A stretch of 64,000 nt of DNA. It comes from Takakia lepidozioides. Its lineage: Eukaryota; Plantae; Bryophyta. Positions 1 through 14,600 of this stretch are shown in pieces. Location: NCBI GenBank assembly GCA_030704615.1, contig CM060734.1, forward strand, positions 23,932,001 through 23,996,000, in the 5' to 3' direction. The notes under the pieces are model-generated. The model was not told where the DNA came from and did not search any database. It was given only the letters and a program-made list of their open reading frames with translations. The translations under genes and the position numbers were made by a program. The stretch's first letter is position 1; the number at the start of each line of letters is the position of its first letter.

Positions 1-1308
1 GTTACAATGGCAGCTGTGCCCATATTAGCTTAGGCAGGCAATGCAGGCGTAGTTGAGTCAACTTGAATTATGAGGTGTTATAACAGGGTTCCTAGTCCAC
101 CAGTCTTTCCCGTGTTGTTCTTAACATGCTGATAGACATTCAAATATTGTTGCACAGGTGGTGGCAAAGCATAGCTTCCACAAGCTCGAGCTTCCACATC
201 TGTCTTGTGAGTGTTTGAGGTAAGATAAGGACGAAGAATCAATATGCACCCAGAGTCTGGAGACAGAGACACAGCTGGCGAAATGGGCAATTATTTACTT
301 GGAAGTCTTGGGAAGCTTCAAGTGCAAGTAACATGTAACACAAAATACTAGTTACTCAGGGCTACTGAATTCTTTCAAGCCATGACAACTTTGCCCTTTG
401 CCTCCACGCGATCAAATACCATAAGGGAAGGGTTCCAGCAAGCTGTTCTTTACAAACCTCTCCTCGAGATGTCTGCTAATTTTTCATCGAAATCTACCCA
501 CATCTCTCTAGCGGACATGGATGACAACCAATCAACTCCAAGAAAGGACATGCTGGTTTCTTGTGATGCAACTCATGTCCACCCATGTTCTGCAGCTCTG
601 CACTCTGTATTGAGCAGGCTTGACTATGCTGGGAAGACACAATGAAAAGACTTTCGAGCTTTATGACAAGTACCTGGGCTCCTTCGATACTTTCTTTTGC
701 TATTCTGTAGGGTTTAGTGACTACCTGTAGGGCACTCTGGTAGATCCAGCCAACAGTTGCAGCCACATAAAAGATTGGTAAATACGCTGACGTGTGTCGT
801 GACAGAGATGCGTCTTCCAGACTGCAGTCTCCAAACCCCTGCAGCTTGTCTTTGACCCTCTGCATTTTCTATCAGGGGTCAACACTGAACCAAAAAGGTC
901 AATTCCAAATGTCGTGCTTGCATTGAGAGGACGGCCTTCCTGGAGAGAATTGTTTCAAGTTTTCATTATCTCAGTTCATGACTCAGTGGACCATTCCAGC
1001 TGGCTCTTCCTCTTTCACCGCGAATGTATTGTATAGAGACAGTATGGTGTTTACCTGGAACTCCAGTAAGAGATGTTGAAGCAGGAGCTACAATTGCCAC
1101 AACCAGGTGGGAGAGTGACAACCTGCATGTTGTCTAATCTTGGATGCCAGAATCATTGGGAATGGCAGCCTTGTCTCTATTCTCCATATGATATGAGGAA
1201 TTCATCGAAGGGCTTGACATATTGCCAGGATGACAAAAAGCCCTAGGAACTTTTTACAGTGTTGGCAAATGAGAGGTCAGACGCTCGTCTCCTCGAGAGT
1301 CTGTACAT

Positions 1309-2556
1309 TTACTCGCCATGTTTGGCTCCTCCTTTCTCCTTTCCCCGTGGGATTCGCCTGCTGCTAGAGCGAGAAAACAACCTCCAGGGTGTTCCTATGC
1401 TGCTAGTATGAAGCACCTGCCTGGTATCTCTCAACTCCCTGTCCGTAAGTGATGAGACAGTCTGGGGACCAAGAGCATGCCGGCCAGAGTCATAGCTATA
1501 TTCGTGGTTTGCATTGCAAATGCTCGAAACTTCCGCGCATTCCACACGAACCTTGAAAGCTTGTGCGTTTTTCCCGACAGTTCTATTGTTGCAATCCACA
1601 CGATCAGATCGTTCGGAAGTGCTTTTCTTCCTTACTTTCGAGTCCGAACTGGTTCTATTTGTCGTCCTGATGGGATTAAAATCTTTGAAGCTGATATCTT
1701 CATTAGTTGACCTGCGACTGAACGTCCTGCTCCAAGGATTTTCCCTGCTGCTGGCGGACATTCGCTTTGAACCAACGGACTGCATATGAATAACAGAGGC
1801 AACTATATGCCGGGCAGGGCGGGTCGGTTCCTCGGCATTGGAGGCTGTGATGTTGTCATTCTTGTTCCCACCCTCAGTTCGCTTCATCTCAGAGCCAATC
1901 CCCTCACCTGCCCTTTTATCTGACTTCCATAGTGCACTCCAAGCATGTCTGAATACAACACGAAACACCGCTGTGCTCCAATAGCTCTTGCTGCCAGCGC
2001 GTGAAGAAAGAGTCGCTTGATTGAGATCTACGTTACCACGACAGGAGGTAGTGTGCATATTGCGGCCACAATCCACACCTGCAGAATCACCACTCCAACC
2101 AGATGTGCTCGCATCCTCTTGTTTGTCGATGGCCCCATCAGAACTCGACCCTTGCCATCCATCCAGGGAGTAGAATGATGGTTCACTTTCTGAGGGCATG
2201 GCCGTCCGGTAGGTATCCAACCCCACCAGATCAACATCATCCTGACCATTATAAAAGGACATCAAGCTCCGCCGATGTGACCCACGGAGACGAATGTCAC
2301 CTGTAGTGGCTTCACGGTTGGCCTTTCCTCGACACTCCACCTTAAAGGAAATGGTGCCACCACCTCCCGCAGTGTCAAGAACTGTTGAATTGGTACTAGA
2401 ACCAGTGTCATCATAAAAATCCCGAGTGCTTTCCTCCTCTTGTTCCCGGTATGCTACCAATCTGCACAGCGATTCCGTCAAACACAACGCACACACCCCC
2501 ACCGTCTGCCTTTGGGGATGCCACTTGCACATCCCTCTCGACCGCCCGCCGTCCAT
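1309..2556 (-). CDS. DUF740 / OCTOPUS-like plant protein (single-exon ORF)
   Basis: Long ORF. N-terminal MCKWHPQRQTVGVCALCLTESLCRL matches the CxxHP...GVCAxCLxERL motif of DUF740 proteins, followed by Ser-rich low-complexity sequence. First ATG at 2556. Confidence 0.55.
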   Translation of the reverse strand: MDGGRSRGMCKWHPQRQTVGVCALCLTESLCRLVAYREQEEESTRDFYDDTGSSTNSTVLDTAGGGGTISFKVECRGKANREATTGDIRLRGSHRRSLMSFYNGQDDVDLVGLDTYRTAMPSESEPSFYSLDGWQGSSSDGAIDKQEDASTSGWSGDSAGVDCGRNMHTTSCRGNVDLNQATLSSRAGSKSYWSTAVFRVVFRHAWSALWKSDKRAGEGIGSEMKRTEGGNKNDNITASNAEEPTRPARHIVASVIHMQSVGSKRMSASSRENPWSRTFSRRSTNEDISFKDFNPIRTTNRTSSDSKVRKKSTSERSDRVDCNNRTVGKNAQAFKVRVECAEVSSICNANHEYSYDSGRHALGPQTVSSLTDRELRDTRQVLHTSSIGTPWRLFSRSSSRRIPRGKEKGGAKHGE

Positions 2557-5500
2557 CGCTTCCTCAAACTCTCCCACTCTTCCTCCTCCTCCGATGACCC
2601 CACATCTACCCTTTCACTGGGCACCCACAAATCCCGATTCCCATGCCTCGAGAGAACATACAATTTCCTTGGTACAAAACCCTCGCTGCGCATGGGGGTC
2701 GAATTCACTAGCATACACAGATGATGGACCTGGCTGCAAGCAACAATTACTGCACCGAGTCCCGGAAGGTGCAGATGGAGATGGGGAGAGAGAAGAGCGC
2801 ACTATGGCTGCAGCAATCGGCAAAGCAACATGCAAGAGAGACACGGGATTATATATTTATGGGCTGCTTGTCTGCTAATCAAAGAGCTCAATCCTTGATT
2901 AAGGGTATGCTAATCTCGTGACACGTCCAGTGTGTCCGTGGAAGTATCTATATTATCTTTTCTCTGCACACGCCCACTACTCGTCTTCTGCTTCTGGCTG
3001 ACACATTGCATCGGAGCTTGCCAGGAAGTGAGCTTATATACATAGGGCTAGTTCACCCATCTGTTTGCAGCGATGGACTGGTAGTCAGAGTGATTGCTCA
3101 CTAGAGGCTAAAACAGGCTTGGCTGGTTTGGGCTGTACCCAGTAGCCTCACTGAAGGACATTCTCTCGTGGATATTTTGCACTTTGTATCCTCCTTCACC
3201 TACCCTGGATACTGGAAGTTGGATCTTACTGTAGTCCTGGGGTTAAGCAATATTATCGTGTGCAGGTTCCACACATGGTATAATTCTAGTGATTTTTCTT
3301 GTTCCTTTTCATCTTTCAACAATGTAGATGTGAGGCAATTGTGATGCGGCTTGGTTTGAGTCATCTCTCTTTGTGCAGGGAATATGATGTGCGAAACTTG
3401 GATTGCTTGGCACTCCTTCACAGACAAGGACTACTCGCTACAGTACAGATGTGGCAGCAACCAGAGAAGCTCGGATCAATAGACTAGCTTCCCAAAACAA
3501 ACACCCAACAAGATGAAGAAAGCTTCCTTCACCTCCCGTGTTCGTCGAACGCCCTAAGCTGTGGAGTTTGTGAGTCAGCTTCAGCTAGATCTTTCGTGGA
3601 GAGATCGATAGGTGGCTGTGCAGCAATTGGGCACCAGTCCACACGGAAAGCAACACGCCAGCAACAAAGCTCTGGCCTTTGATGCAGGGATGGCCCACGA
3701 GATCATCCTCCACTTGCTTTTTGTATCCTGTGCTGGCCTTCTCTTTGTCTGGATGTGTCTTATTATTTTTACTAGGATTCAGTAAACCTTGCTGCATCAG
3801 CTGTTGGGATTCTGTTCCTCCAACACTTTCATCCAGTCCTTTTGTAGGCCCCATGTTAGAGATTGATGTGATGCCAACCAAGTCAGGGATATAGCTGATC
3901 TCCTGCTGCAGCAAGAGTAGGTTATGGTGTCTGCTTTGTACTCCAAGGTAAATACTCTAACTGGTTAACTTCCAGAGACTAAAGAACTCCAATCGGACAC
4001 ACAAGAATCAACGGATGTTCCTGCCACATCGACATTGATTTCAGACATACAACAAGCAGCAACAGCAAAAACCCGTAATTGCATGGTGTATACACACTGA
4101 GTGTAGAATGTCTTAAAACTCACACACATCATATCCTTGTGCTACAAAGCAGATTAAAAGTAAGGCACATCGAAGGTGGTAAGTACTTTCTGAAATTTCT
4201 GCGTGAGACTTACCAAGAAATGGAATGATAACAACAACCATGCACTCATCGATTTCTATACTCTATGGATGTGGGCTTTCAAGACAAGCCTGCACCCAGC
4301 CATGTTTTCCAAGCACACAGGATATGCCCCAAACCAGAAGTGGACACAGGTTGCTATTAGACATGGGATCCTCCCAAAGCTAGTGTTGAAGTCGAGTTAG
4401 AAGCCCACCTAAATGTGAGTTTTCTTCACCTGTCTTCATCTGAAGAAGAGAGTGGTTACACAAACAGAGAGCAGGTAAAGTGGCAGCTCTTTCTGTCAAT
4501 GACCTTCTTTCATCTCCAAGGCTCAGTTCCTTACCACAAAATTCCTACACCGAGTCACTATTACACTCTGCATGGGTTATAAAGAACTCTACAGATCAAG
4601 GCAATTACTTGGCCAACTTGTGCACAACTGTAGAAAATATTATCACTCAACAGCTCAACAATAGGACCAGGTTGATTCCAGATTGGGAAACTTCCAGAGG
4701 CTGTGGCGCTTCCAAATGGATTTTCCAGACTTGCAAGGAGATGCCCAATATGGGACACCAATAAGAAGCTCTGTGAATCTAAATTCAGAATCTGCAAACA
4801 ACCCAAATGTCATTATCTACAGTAAATGAGACAGCATAGTTGCTCTCATGATTCAACAGCTGCCAAAGGAACTGATCCATGGAAGCCATCAATTCAAGTT
4901 ACCTATAACAAGGCACCATTGCCACGTTATACTACACGGAGTGATAGAGGGCCAGAGATGAGATCACTTCACTGAGATGGGTGCAGAAAAGGGGGAAGTA
5001 CCGAAGACAAAGATTAAGATTTTCAGGAGGGGTAAGATAAGGACTGAATGAGGAATTCTCCCCTCCTGCAAAGAAACTTAGTCTGACCTAGTGGATATTT
5101 ATAAGAAAACGCTACACATTTCGAGGTCCAACTTCCCCGAGGACCGTGCATGCCGACTAGGTGATCAAATCAACCTCTTTATCAGAAGCAATCCACTGTG
5201 ACAAAATCGTTGCAAGGGTTTCCCACAACCACGTAACAAATTCTTCGGTGAAATGACCCCAATACGTCGAACAAACACAGTTCATTCCGCAACCCCAGAA
5301 ACATTACAGATGAGGACTGTGAAAGCTGTGAGACTCGCCATTCAAGGAAGGAACACCCAGAGCAATATGATAAGAAAGCACAGTCGAACCCCAAATCCTC
5401 AGTGATTTGTTTCACAAATGCTTCCACTTACGAAGCAGTGGTTCCGGAGCACAAAAAGGCCTGACTTGCCTTCCATACGATGCGAGGATTCTATTCCATA

Positions 5501-5588
5501 AGTAGCCTTGGATATCATGCAAACTGTAATAGGGCCAAACCATCTCCCTATGATTTCCACTTTTCCAGGCTACATACACCTTACAGGT

Positions 5589-5756
5589 GAGCTTGTCAGC
5601 CTTGTCGGTATCAAACACGCACAGCGTGTACAGGTACTTCTTGCACCGCACTTTGAACTTCACCACATCTTTGCTCCTCTTGATCTTCACAGACCTTGCA
5701 TCCTTGCGCCGTGCCGTAAGCAGAAAATCCTTGATCTCGCTTATCTTCTTCGGCAT
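5589..5756 (-). pseudogene. RPL38: 60S ribosomal protein L38 (eL38), first 56 codons; C-terminus missing or damaged
   Basis: [56 protein letters not shown] is near-identical to plant eL38. The expected KQSLPPG is replaced by AAGCTCACCTGTAAG, and no last exon was found. Confidence 0.8.
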
Positions 5757-8700
5757 ATCTGCTGCCCTCTCTACACCTCCTGGAGCTTCCGGATATTGGC
5801 AGGTGAAAATGGAGAGAGACTGTGTTACAGTAGGTCAGCCCAGTGTTGTCAAAGATGCTACTTTAGGGTTTCAGAAAACTGGAATGGCAACACGGGAACT
5901 CCATCGATGTCAGCTAAACCCACGTTGCATCGTACCTCGAATGATCTTCTTTGTAACATGACCCATCGTATGAAATCGTGGGTTGGCTGGTGAAAATCAC
6001 TTCGCACAATTTTGGGTGGTGGGCATCAATGGAGAAGGATCCGAGGCTGCCGGCCGTCTCAGACCAAAGAACGTTGTTTCTGGTATATCATACATAGCAA
6101 TGTTTTCTTCAGGCTCGTAGGGTTTCTCGTTTGTTTGTCTGTGAGAGGAGTGAGGGATTTACAAGTTGAATGAATTGTGCCCAGAGTTCCTATTCTTTGC
6201 AACTAGCTTTTAGTTACTCCACAGATTCTGGAAGAGGGATGCTCAAGACCCTCCTGAATTTGGCTAATGTAAGTCGTGAATGGTTACTCATAGCCTTGCT
6301 CCGGATACTGTCTGCATAAATGCATTTGAAATAAGGTTTTTCAGCTTGAATTTCAGATGTGTCATCTGCACTCCTGAGTTTGTTGCATGAAATCTGTGTG
6401 TCTGTATGCATGCATTCTCCTTGAATCTCATCGAGGAATAGATAATTATCAACGGGTGTGGGCTTGAGTTTGATGCGAACTGGCAGACTTTCATTGCTGA
6501 GTGCAGGACGGGTGGGGTGGGGATAGGTGAACACTTTTGTCATCCACACTGTGCGTCTCCTCAATAATTTTTCTTCAATTTGCGAACAAAAACTTGAGAA
6601 TGTGCATCAGTATGTACTGTTCCTCAAACCGAAAGCTCAAAGTATTGTCGTGCATGAGGAAGCGCATCTAACCGAAACAGAACAGCAAGCATTAATATGG
6701 ATGTTTAGCCGATAGAGACATGATTATGAGTCATCCTCCACCAGCATGGTAACTGATATCTACTCTGTAGCCTTCATTTCGTGGATTGACAGCTTGTTGG
6801 TCTCTGGATACCTCTTCCAGGTCCCAGTGAAGAATGGCTCTTAGGACCATTGGACAAGCAGTGGCAGAGTCATAACTTGTTTCAGTTGCAGTTTCAAGAA
6901 GTAATAATGCCAGAAGATGCCCAGATGCTCTTCCAGTAACCCTCTAATCATCTACTGCCCCTCATGGGCAGAGGGCTGCGCCCTATAGTTTTTATTTCCT
7001 ATCTGATGGCAAGCATCCTTATTGGTTGTCAATCCTCCATGGTTTGCATTTCACAAGCAGGTTAAGTATATCTGAGCTAGTCTTATAGAGCCCATCCCTG
7101 ACCAGGGGCAGCACCGTAGCTTGCTAGGCAAGTGTCTCTTATTTATGTTGGCTCCGGCTGCAGTCTTGTCTCTCTCTATCTCAATCTGAGCTAGTGACTG
7201 CAGGAGAATTTTGCGCTTGGACGCAACATTAACACTCTTGGAGGCAAAGCTACGGAGTGTGGATATAGTAGACAGTGGTCGGGAGGAGCCTTCTACTGCA
7301 CACCCACAAGAGGATTCGATTGACCTCCCGATACCTGATGCTGTACAGGCTTTACCGCCCCAGCTTGCCGGAGGAGATTCTAGCTCCAGGTTCTGTACTC
7401 CATCTCTGTTGGTGATGTCACATTTTTACCCTGGCCTCAATCCACATTCCCTCTTTCTCATCTCATGGGGCTCTTCCCCCGTTCGCAGGTACGTTGTGTC
7501 AAAATCTGCCTTTCCGAAATTCACTTGTCAAAATCATTCCCTCCTTTATCTCAGCCCTTTTATGGTCTAAGCCTTGTCTGTGTTTGATGTCAATAAATTG
7601 AGGATTGTGTTTGCTCTTGTCTATCCCTCTTTCTAAGATGAGTATTTGGCTGTCTGTGAATCTCAGCCTTGGGGCATCGCCAGTGTTGGGGGAAGCTTCA
7701 GAGCAACAGCAAGAGAGATCTCTAACCTCCTTGTCTGCAACCGAGCCCACTCTTCTTCCTAAGGTTAACACATGCTTCTTTCTTTTTAATAAATGCCCTA
7801 ACATGGAAAGCTCATTCTATTCTTGTGATTTCCTCATGAAGTTCTTTCGGTTGTTCCTTACAGAGTTATGAAGTTTCCGTTGATATCCAGATTGCATTTT
7901 TTTGTTCAATAGACTTTGAATATGGCATTTACCAATACTATGATAAGATGCACAATTATTTCATGGTTGAGTATATATTTTCCAGCATATCTGATGAAGT
8001 TAGCTTGATTTCTTTTCTATCATATCTTGTTCAAGTTAGGCCCACTCCTTGGTTTCTATTTTAAAAGCGAGAAAATGATAGATACGTGGACAGCCTGGCA
8101 ACTAATCAGAGTTTGAATAAGCATTTGATATGAGCAAGCATTGTTGGGAGGTGTTGCCAGTTGAGAGACGATCCCACCTACGCTCGGTTTTTCCGGATGC
8201 TCCAAGTTGGCGTTCCTGAACCTGTAAGTCATAGTTCCAGATTTTCCACTTGGGTTCAGCACTTCGCAGTTTCTATTGGCCTCCCTGACTGAAGTTGGGC
8301 ACATTGACCTCACACTCAATGGCCTTGTCCACCACTCTAGAGACCCCATCCTTGGACTCCCAGATGCCCTTTTGACCCTGCAATGAGGCGTCACTGGCAG
8401 GTCCGATTGATGAGCTTTACTGGCAATCTGCATAGAATGTTTCATCTGCGATAAAACTTAAATGTGCCCATTGACTTGTCTCAATTATCTTAGAGATTTC
8501 TGTATCTAAGTAGAGTATGTGTATTTGGCGGGATAACAGGCTGTGAAGATACAAATGTCAGCAGAAGGTTTGGATCCTTCTTTACTGGACAATCCTGATG
8601 CCCAACCTCCCAGTATGAGGCCAGTAAGAGAAAGCTCTAGTTAACTAGGCTATCTACATAGTTTTGGGGCATGAGAGGCCAATATGGTTTGACTGCCTAT

Positions 8701-9666
8701 GTCAGGATATGGTCCCTTTTCATCAGAGATCAACCTTGGGGATTCCTACCCAGCTAGTGCATGTCATGGATATTGCTAAATGCACTGGCGTGGTAAACTT
8801 AGGACACCATTTCCAAGAGAGAGAGAGTAGTAACCAAACTCCAATGCTGTAGGTGTTGTATTATAAAACAAAACCTTGAGGTTGTGGTGATCTTAACTTC
8901 AGCGATTTTGTGATGCTCTGTAGAGAGTTGAATGGAATAACCACATTGTTGTAGATTTTATGATCAGAATCATAGCCTGAAATGCGTATAACAGAAGATG
9001 GACTTGCTGCGGATGTTATGAAGTACCATTTCATTTCATTTCATTTCATTTTGTTCTCAGAAAGCGCAAGAAGCTCTTCATTAATACTCATAAGCTCCAA
9101 GCGCTCCTGCTGCTCCTTCCCCTTCTGTTGCACTTCTTGCAGTCTCTTGACTATCTCAAACTTCTCCAGGGTCGTTGCACCTGTCTCATGTTGGATAGCT
9201 GCATCCTCCGCTTCATGTCTTGCATCTCCATCTCTTTCTGATCAAAGGCTTCCTCTAAACCTGCTTCCCTAGACTGGCTTATTGCAAGTTCCTCCCTCAA
9301 CCCTTTTATTCTGTCCTGTAAGCCCACCACCTACCACACACCCTGTCAATCTTCAAGGGGCACCACCTTGCACTGTGTGGCATAGAGAGCGCTTCTGCCA
9401 GAAAGCCTGTGGTGGTGGCAAACTGACCTTCCTCAGGTAGGGGGTACTGTACCATACATGCACAAAAAGGAAAAGGCAAGAAGAAACAGATGATATGATA
9501 CTTTACAACATCCGCAGAAAGCTCAAGAGCTTATGGGACGAAATCATGAAACAAGAAAGAGAAAGGAAATGAAATGATAATTCATAATGTCTGCAGAAAG
9601 ATCAAAGAGCTTATGAGACGAGAAAGCATGAAACAAGCAAGAGAGTCGGGGCCTCCACAAGAAGCC

Positions 9667-10890
9667 TGATAGAAATATCAAGACAACCCATAAAGTGAAA
9701 GAGACATAGAATAAAATAGTAGAAATATATATTACATTGAACTCTCCTCCCAGCCATAGAAGACACAGTAATCTCTGTGCTTCACCCCCGAGCTCAACGC
9801 GTTACATTGTGTTCAGGTGGAGTAACTGTCATAACTCACACCACTAATTATCTACATTAGACTTACTAACCTACATGGATTAACTAATCCTTCTTTAACA
9901 CTCCCACTTAGGTTTAGAGTCTATAAAAATTGAACTGTAACTCCTAGCTCCAAGCTGAAATATTGAACTCCTGCAATCATCGAGGTGGCCAGTCTTACAA
10001 CTTAAGGAAGATCCTTCAAACAGACTTAGAGTTGTTTCTATGCTGTTACAAGTCACAATGTAATCACTCCAAGACCAAGCTCAATAACAAACTGGTTATG
10101 CTTGATCTTCATTAACGCCTTCGTGAAAATATCAGCCACATTAAACTCAGACTCCAGCTTTACCACACCTCTCGATTGTGCCTCTCGAATATAGTGATAC
10201 TATATTTCAATGTGTTTTGTACGTGTATGAAACACTTGATCATGACAATGCTATACTGCTTTGGTTATCACACTTTAATATAGTAGGAGAGGGTTGAGTA
10301 TGCTGAAGCTCTTGTAATAACTGACAAAGCCAAACGGCTTCTTTCGCTGCTTCTGTAGTGGCCTTGTATTCAGCTTCTGTACTCGAGAGAGCCACTGAGC
10401 TCTGACGTTTACTTGACCAGCTGATTGAACCTGTGGTTGATTTTCTTCCATCAACATCCCCTGCCCAGTCTGCATCACAATATCCTACAAGAGTAGTAGG
10501 GTTAGATTTACTTGATGAATATGTGATGCCATAGGCAATGGATCCTTGCAGATAACGAAAAATACGTTTAACAGCAAACCAATGGTCAAGTCCAGGATTG
10601 ATGGAATGCTGCGATACTTCCCCCACCGCAAACGCCAAATCAGGACGGGTGCAGACCATGGCATAAGTAAGGCAACCCACGGCTTGTTGATAAGGAATAG
10701 CACTCATAGCATTCTTTGCCTCAGCGGTTGTCGGAGACTGCTCCCGAGAGAGTTTAGTATTGACCTCCAAGGGAGTACCGACTGGCTTGCAACTGTCCAT
10801 ATGAAAGCATTGTAAAATGGACATAATATAGTGGGATTGAGTTAATGTAAGCGTACCAGAAGCTCGATTACGATGAACTTGAATACCCAA
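9667..10890 (-). mobile_element. Ty1/Copia LTR retrotransposon, 3' fragment (RT C-terminus, RNase H, PPT, 3' LTR)
   Basis: YQQAVGCLTYAMVCTRPDLAFAV, GYCDADWAGD, SSTEAEY, CDNQSSIAL, then TKHIEI and ADIFTKAL. On the minus strand a PPT AAGTGGGAG abuts a putative LTR TGTTAAAG...TCTATCA (9900-9667). Confidence 0.9.
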
Positions 10891-11127
10891 GTATAATCTA
10901 TAGGGGGATGGTTTTCGGTGCTAAAACTGTATACATGAATGTGGCTGTGGCTTGGATGTAAAGTAGTGATGTTGTGATCTACTTAGTGATGGTAGTTGCA
11001 CTTATTCACTTTGCAGCAAGATTCCTATCTTCTAGCCTAGCCCGCTTTACCCTTAGAGGAGGGAGGCATATTTTAGGGTCAAAAAAATAAGCTTTACAAT
11101 CCATGGATCAGCTCACAACATCAAACA

Positions 11128-11540
11128 GGATGAATCAGTAATAATGCTCTGGAAGTCATGAAAATGGATGAAAATTAATGGATGAAGAAGTGTTGGGAAA
11201 CGAATGCAGGGAGATGAATAATCCTGGGCAAGAGGATGAATGAAGATTCCAATGCAAGTGGAGACGAAAGATGAAGAAAGAGAGGTAAGAAAACTAGTGA
11301 CACGTGGGCAAAATGGATGAAATGTGTGGATGAATAAGGCCTGGATAAGAATGGAGTGGATGAAGAAAAAGTGGACGAGGCGTAATGTGAGTTATGCACT
11401 GATAAATCACGGATGAATAATGCCATATCGGAGTGGATACGGATGGATGTGATGTGTGGATGAATAGCGTGTGTGGCTGGGTGGCATTGACGGATGAATA
11501 TAGATGGAGAAAAGATAGATGAATAGAGGATGGATGAAGA
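11128..11540. repeat. Degenerate GGATGAA-rich, purine-rich repeat upstream of exportin-7
   Basis: Many GGATGAA/GATGAA copies in ~400 bp, ending ~120 bp before the XPO7 ATG. Confidence 0.6.
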
Positions 11541-11664
11541 AGGACGTGAAAAGGAGAGAGAAGGAGAAAGAGCGGGGAAAGGGAGAGAGAAACCCTAAAG
11601 CAGAGCGCAGGGTCTTTGCTCTCACGGGGCTTCATGTTCGCCATTGCCCTGCACCATCTTGTCC

Positions 11665-14600
11665 ATGGAGAGCTTGGCACAGCTGAGCGTGTTATGCGAG
11701 AGGTTATATACCTCCCAGGATCCAGCGGAAAGAGCGCACGCTGAGACTACGTTAGCTTGTTTTTCTCTAAATACAGAGTACATATCGCAGTGCCAGTACA
11801 TTCTTGACAATTCCTCTTCCCCCTACACGCAGCTGCTAGCGAGCTCCAGCCTCGTGAAGCAGGTAACAGAACACACGCTTTCGTTTCAGCTGCGGTTGGA
11901 TATCAGAAACTATTTAGTGAGATATTTGGCGTCCAAGGGGCAGGAATTGCAGTCATTTGTGACGACATCCCTCATTCAACTGCTGTGTCGCATAACCAAG
12001 CTGGGATGGTACGACGACGATGGATTCCGGGACATTGTCAAGGAAGCCATGAAGTTTTTGACGCAGGCCACGGTCGAGCATTTTCTGATTGGCTTGAAGA
12101 TCCTCAACCAGCTGGTTGCGGAAATGAATCAAGCCAACCCAGGGCTATCCCAAACACATCATCGGAAAACAGCATGCTCTTTCAGGGACCTTGCGCTCTT
12201 TCAGATATTCCAGATTTCGCTCACTTCTCTCCAACAACTACAAATCGACACGGCCGATGAACGGCTGCGGGAGCAAGCAATTACTTTGGCGCTCAAGTGT
12301 CTGTCCTTCGATTTTGTGGGGACATCACTAGATGAAAGCTCTGAGGACCTTGGGACAATTCAGATACCTTCGTCTTGGCGGGCAGTCTTGGAAGACACCT
12401 CCACAATGCAACTGTTCTTCGACTACTATGCTTCCACAAAGCCCCCCCTGTCCAATGAAGCGCTGGAGTGCCTTGTTCGATTGGCTTCGGTCCGCAGGTC
12501 GCTTTTTCCGGGGGAGACAGAGCGGTCCAAGTTCTTGTCTCACTTGATGAGTGGCACACGGGAGATACTGCGGACTCAGCAGGGGCTTTCAGAGCATGAA
12601 AATTATCATGAATACTGCCGGCTTCTTGGTCGCCTTAAAACAAACTACCAGCTCTCTGAGCTCGTGAGTGTTGAAAATTATGGTGATTGGATTAGACTGG
12701 TGGCAGAGTTCACCATTCAGTCTCTGCAGTCATGGCAGTGGGCCAGTGGTAGCGTTTACTATCTGCTTGGCTTATGGTCCCGACTAGTGTCATCTGTGCC
12801 CTATTTGAAGAGTGATTCCCCCAGCCTCCTTGACAGCTATGTTCCCAAAATAACTGAAACTTACATTACCTCCAGGCTCGACTCTGTACAGGCAGTGCTA
12901 CAGAACAACATTGCGGAAGATCCTCTGGACAATGAGGAACATCTGCAGGATCAACTGGACAGCCTACCTTATCTCTGTCGATTTCAGTACGACAAGACTA
13001 GCACTTACATTATTACCCTTCTGGAGCCCATTTTGCAGGTATAGCTTACCCTATACAAACAACCATCGCATTTTACTTTCAAAACCTCCTGTGATGTGTT
13101 CTTCAAGTTCCATAGTGATATTCTAGTGGGAAATAGAGCCTTCTTTTCGCAATGGCATCCGCACGGGGTTTCTCAGCTGGTAATGGACACAGCCCACCCA
13201 GGAGCCTCTTATGGCAATGGCGATTGGCTGGACCGCATGGGGTTTGATGGCTGAGTGTGTATGCCATCTGTGCTCCTGCAGCCAGGTGCCCTGCATCAAT
13301 GCCTGTCTGAAAAACCATCCATGCGGTCTGTGAATCGCCGTTGCCAAATGGAAGCTCCTTGAATCTTTGCTGTCAATGCTTGTTGGCCAGTGATGATTTG
13401 GCTGAAAACCAATTGCCAATGGATATTCGTTTGCGTAACCTGCCACCTAAATTGGTGGGTGCCTGTATTTATTCGCTCGTATTGTGCATCCATGCCTGCA
13501 GGCGTACACAGAAAGTGCAAGACTGCAAACAGGTGTAGACAGCACGCAGTTGCAGGCTATGGAGGGGCAGCTTACGTGGTTGGTGCATATCATAGGCGCC
13601 ATTATTAGGGGAAGGCAAAGCTCGAGCAGCAGTACAGAGCCTCAAGAGGTGATTGATGGAGAACTGGCAGCTCGTGTTTTCCAACTAATTCAAGTCACTG
13701 ACACAGGGTCCCATGTCCAACGCCATCTTCATAGTAGCAAGCAGAGGCTGGACCTGGCAATCCTCTCCTTCTTTCAAAACTTCCGAAGGGTTTATGTGGG
13801 TGACCAGGCCATGCACTCCAGCAAGCAGCTGTATTCCCGGTTGAATGAGCTGCTCGGCCTTCAAGATCATCTCATGGTGTTGAATGTGATTGTGGGCAAG
13901 ATTGCTACTAATCTCAAATGCTATGCTCAGAGTGAGGAAGTCATTGAGCAAACTCTGAATCTCTTCCAGGAGCTTGCAGCAGGGTATATGAGTGGCAAGT
14001 TGCTACTGAAGCTTGATGCAGTAAACTACATACTGGAGCATCATACAAGGGAGCATTTTCCTTTCCTGGATGAATATAACAACTCTCGAAACCGGACCAT
14101 ATTCTACTTCACCCTTGGTCGGTTGCTGTTCATGGAGGATAGTTCTGCAAAGTTCAAGGCATTCATCGCCTCATTGCAACAGGTTTTCGCGTCTCTGGAA
14201 GTCACCCCCGAACAAGCTTTTCGATCTGATGGAATCAAGTATGGCGACTCATTGTTCTGATGCGTGATCTGAGGGGCATAGCTATGGGCACCACGTAAGC
14301 CGAAGGACATATGGGCTTCTGTTTGAATGGCTTTATATCCTGCTCCCAAGATCAACATACAAGGCTGTTAAGAGCTGTGGAGCAATGGACAGACACCCCT
14401 AGAGGTACCACCCACATACCTTGTATAGAAGTTTTGTAGCACGAGTTATTGTGATCAACAAGACACAAAGGCTGACATTTGATTTCCTATTCCCTCACTC
14501 GCATACACCCGACTCAATGGGCATCTCGGACGCTTTTTTCGGTGAGGTCAGCAAACTGATCGTTGCATATGGTTCTCGGATCTTGTCCCTCCCCACTCCT

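Noticed and set aside
1-1250. Broken minus-strand ORFs, possibly a pseudogene
   Set aside because: No recognisable motif; cannot assign a product.
9005-9650. Short inverted and direct repeats with (CATTT)n tracts, possible MITE
   Set aside because: No clean TIR/TSD pair; more likely scattered retroposon 3' tails.
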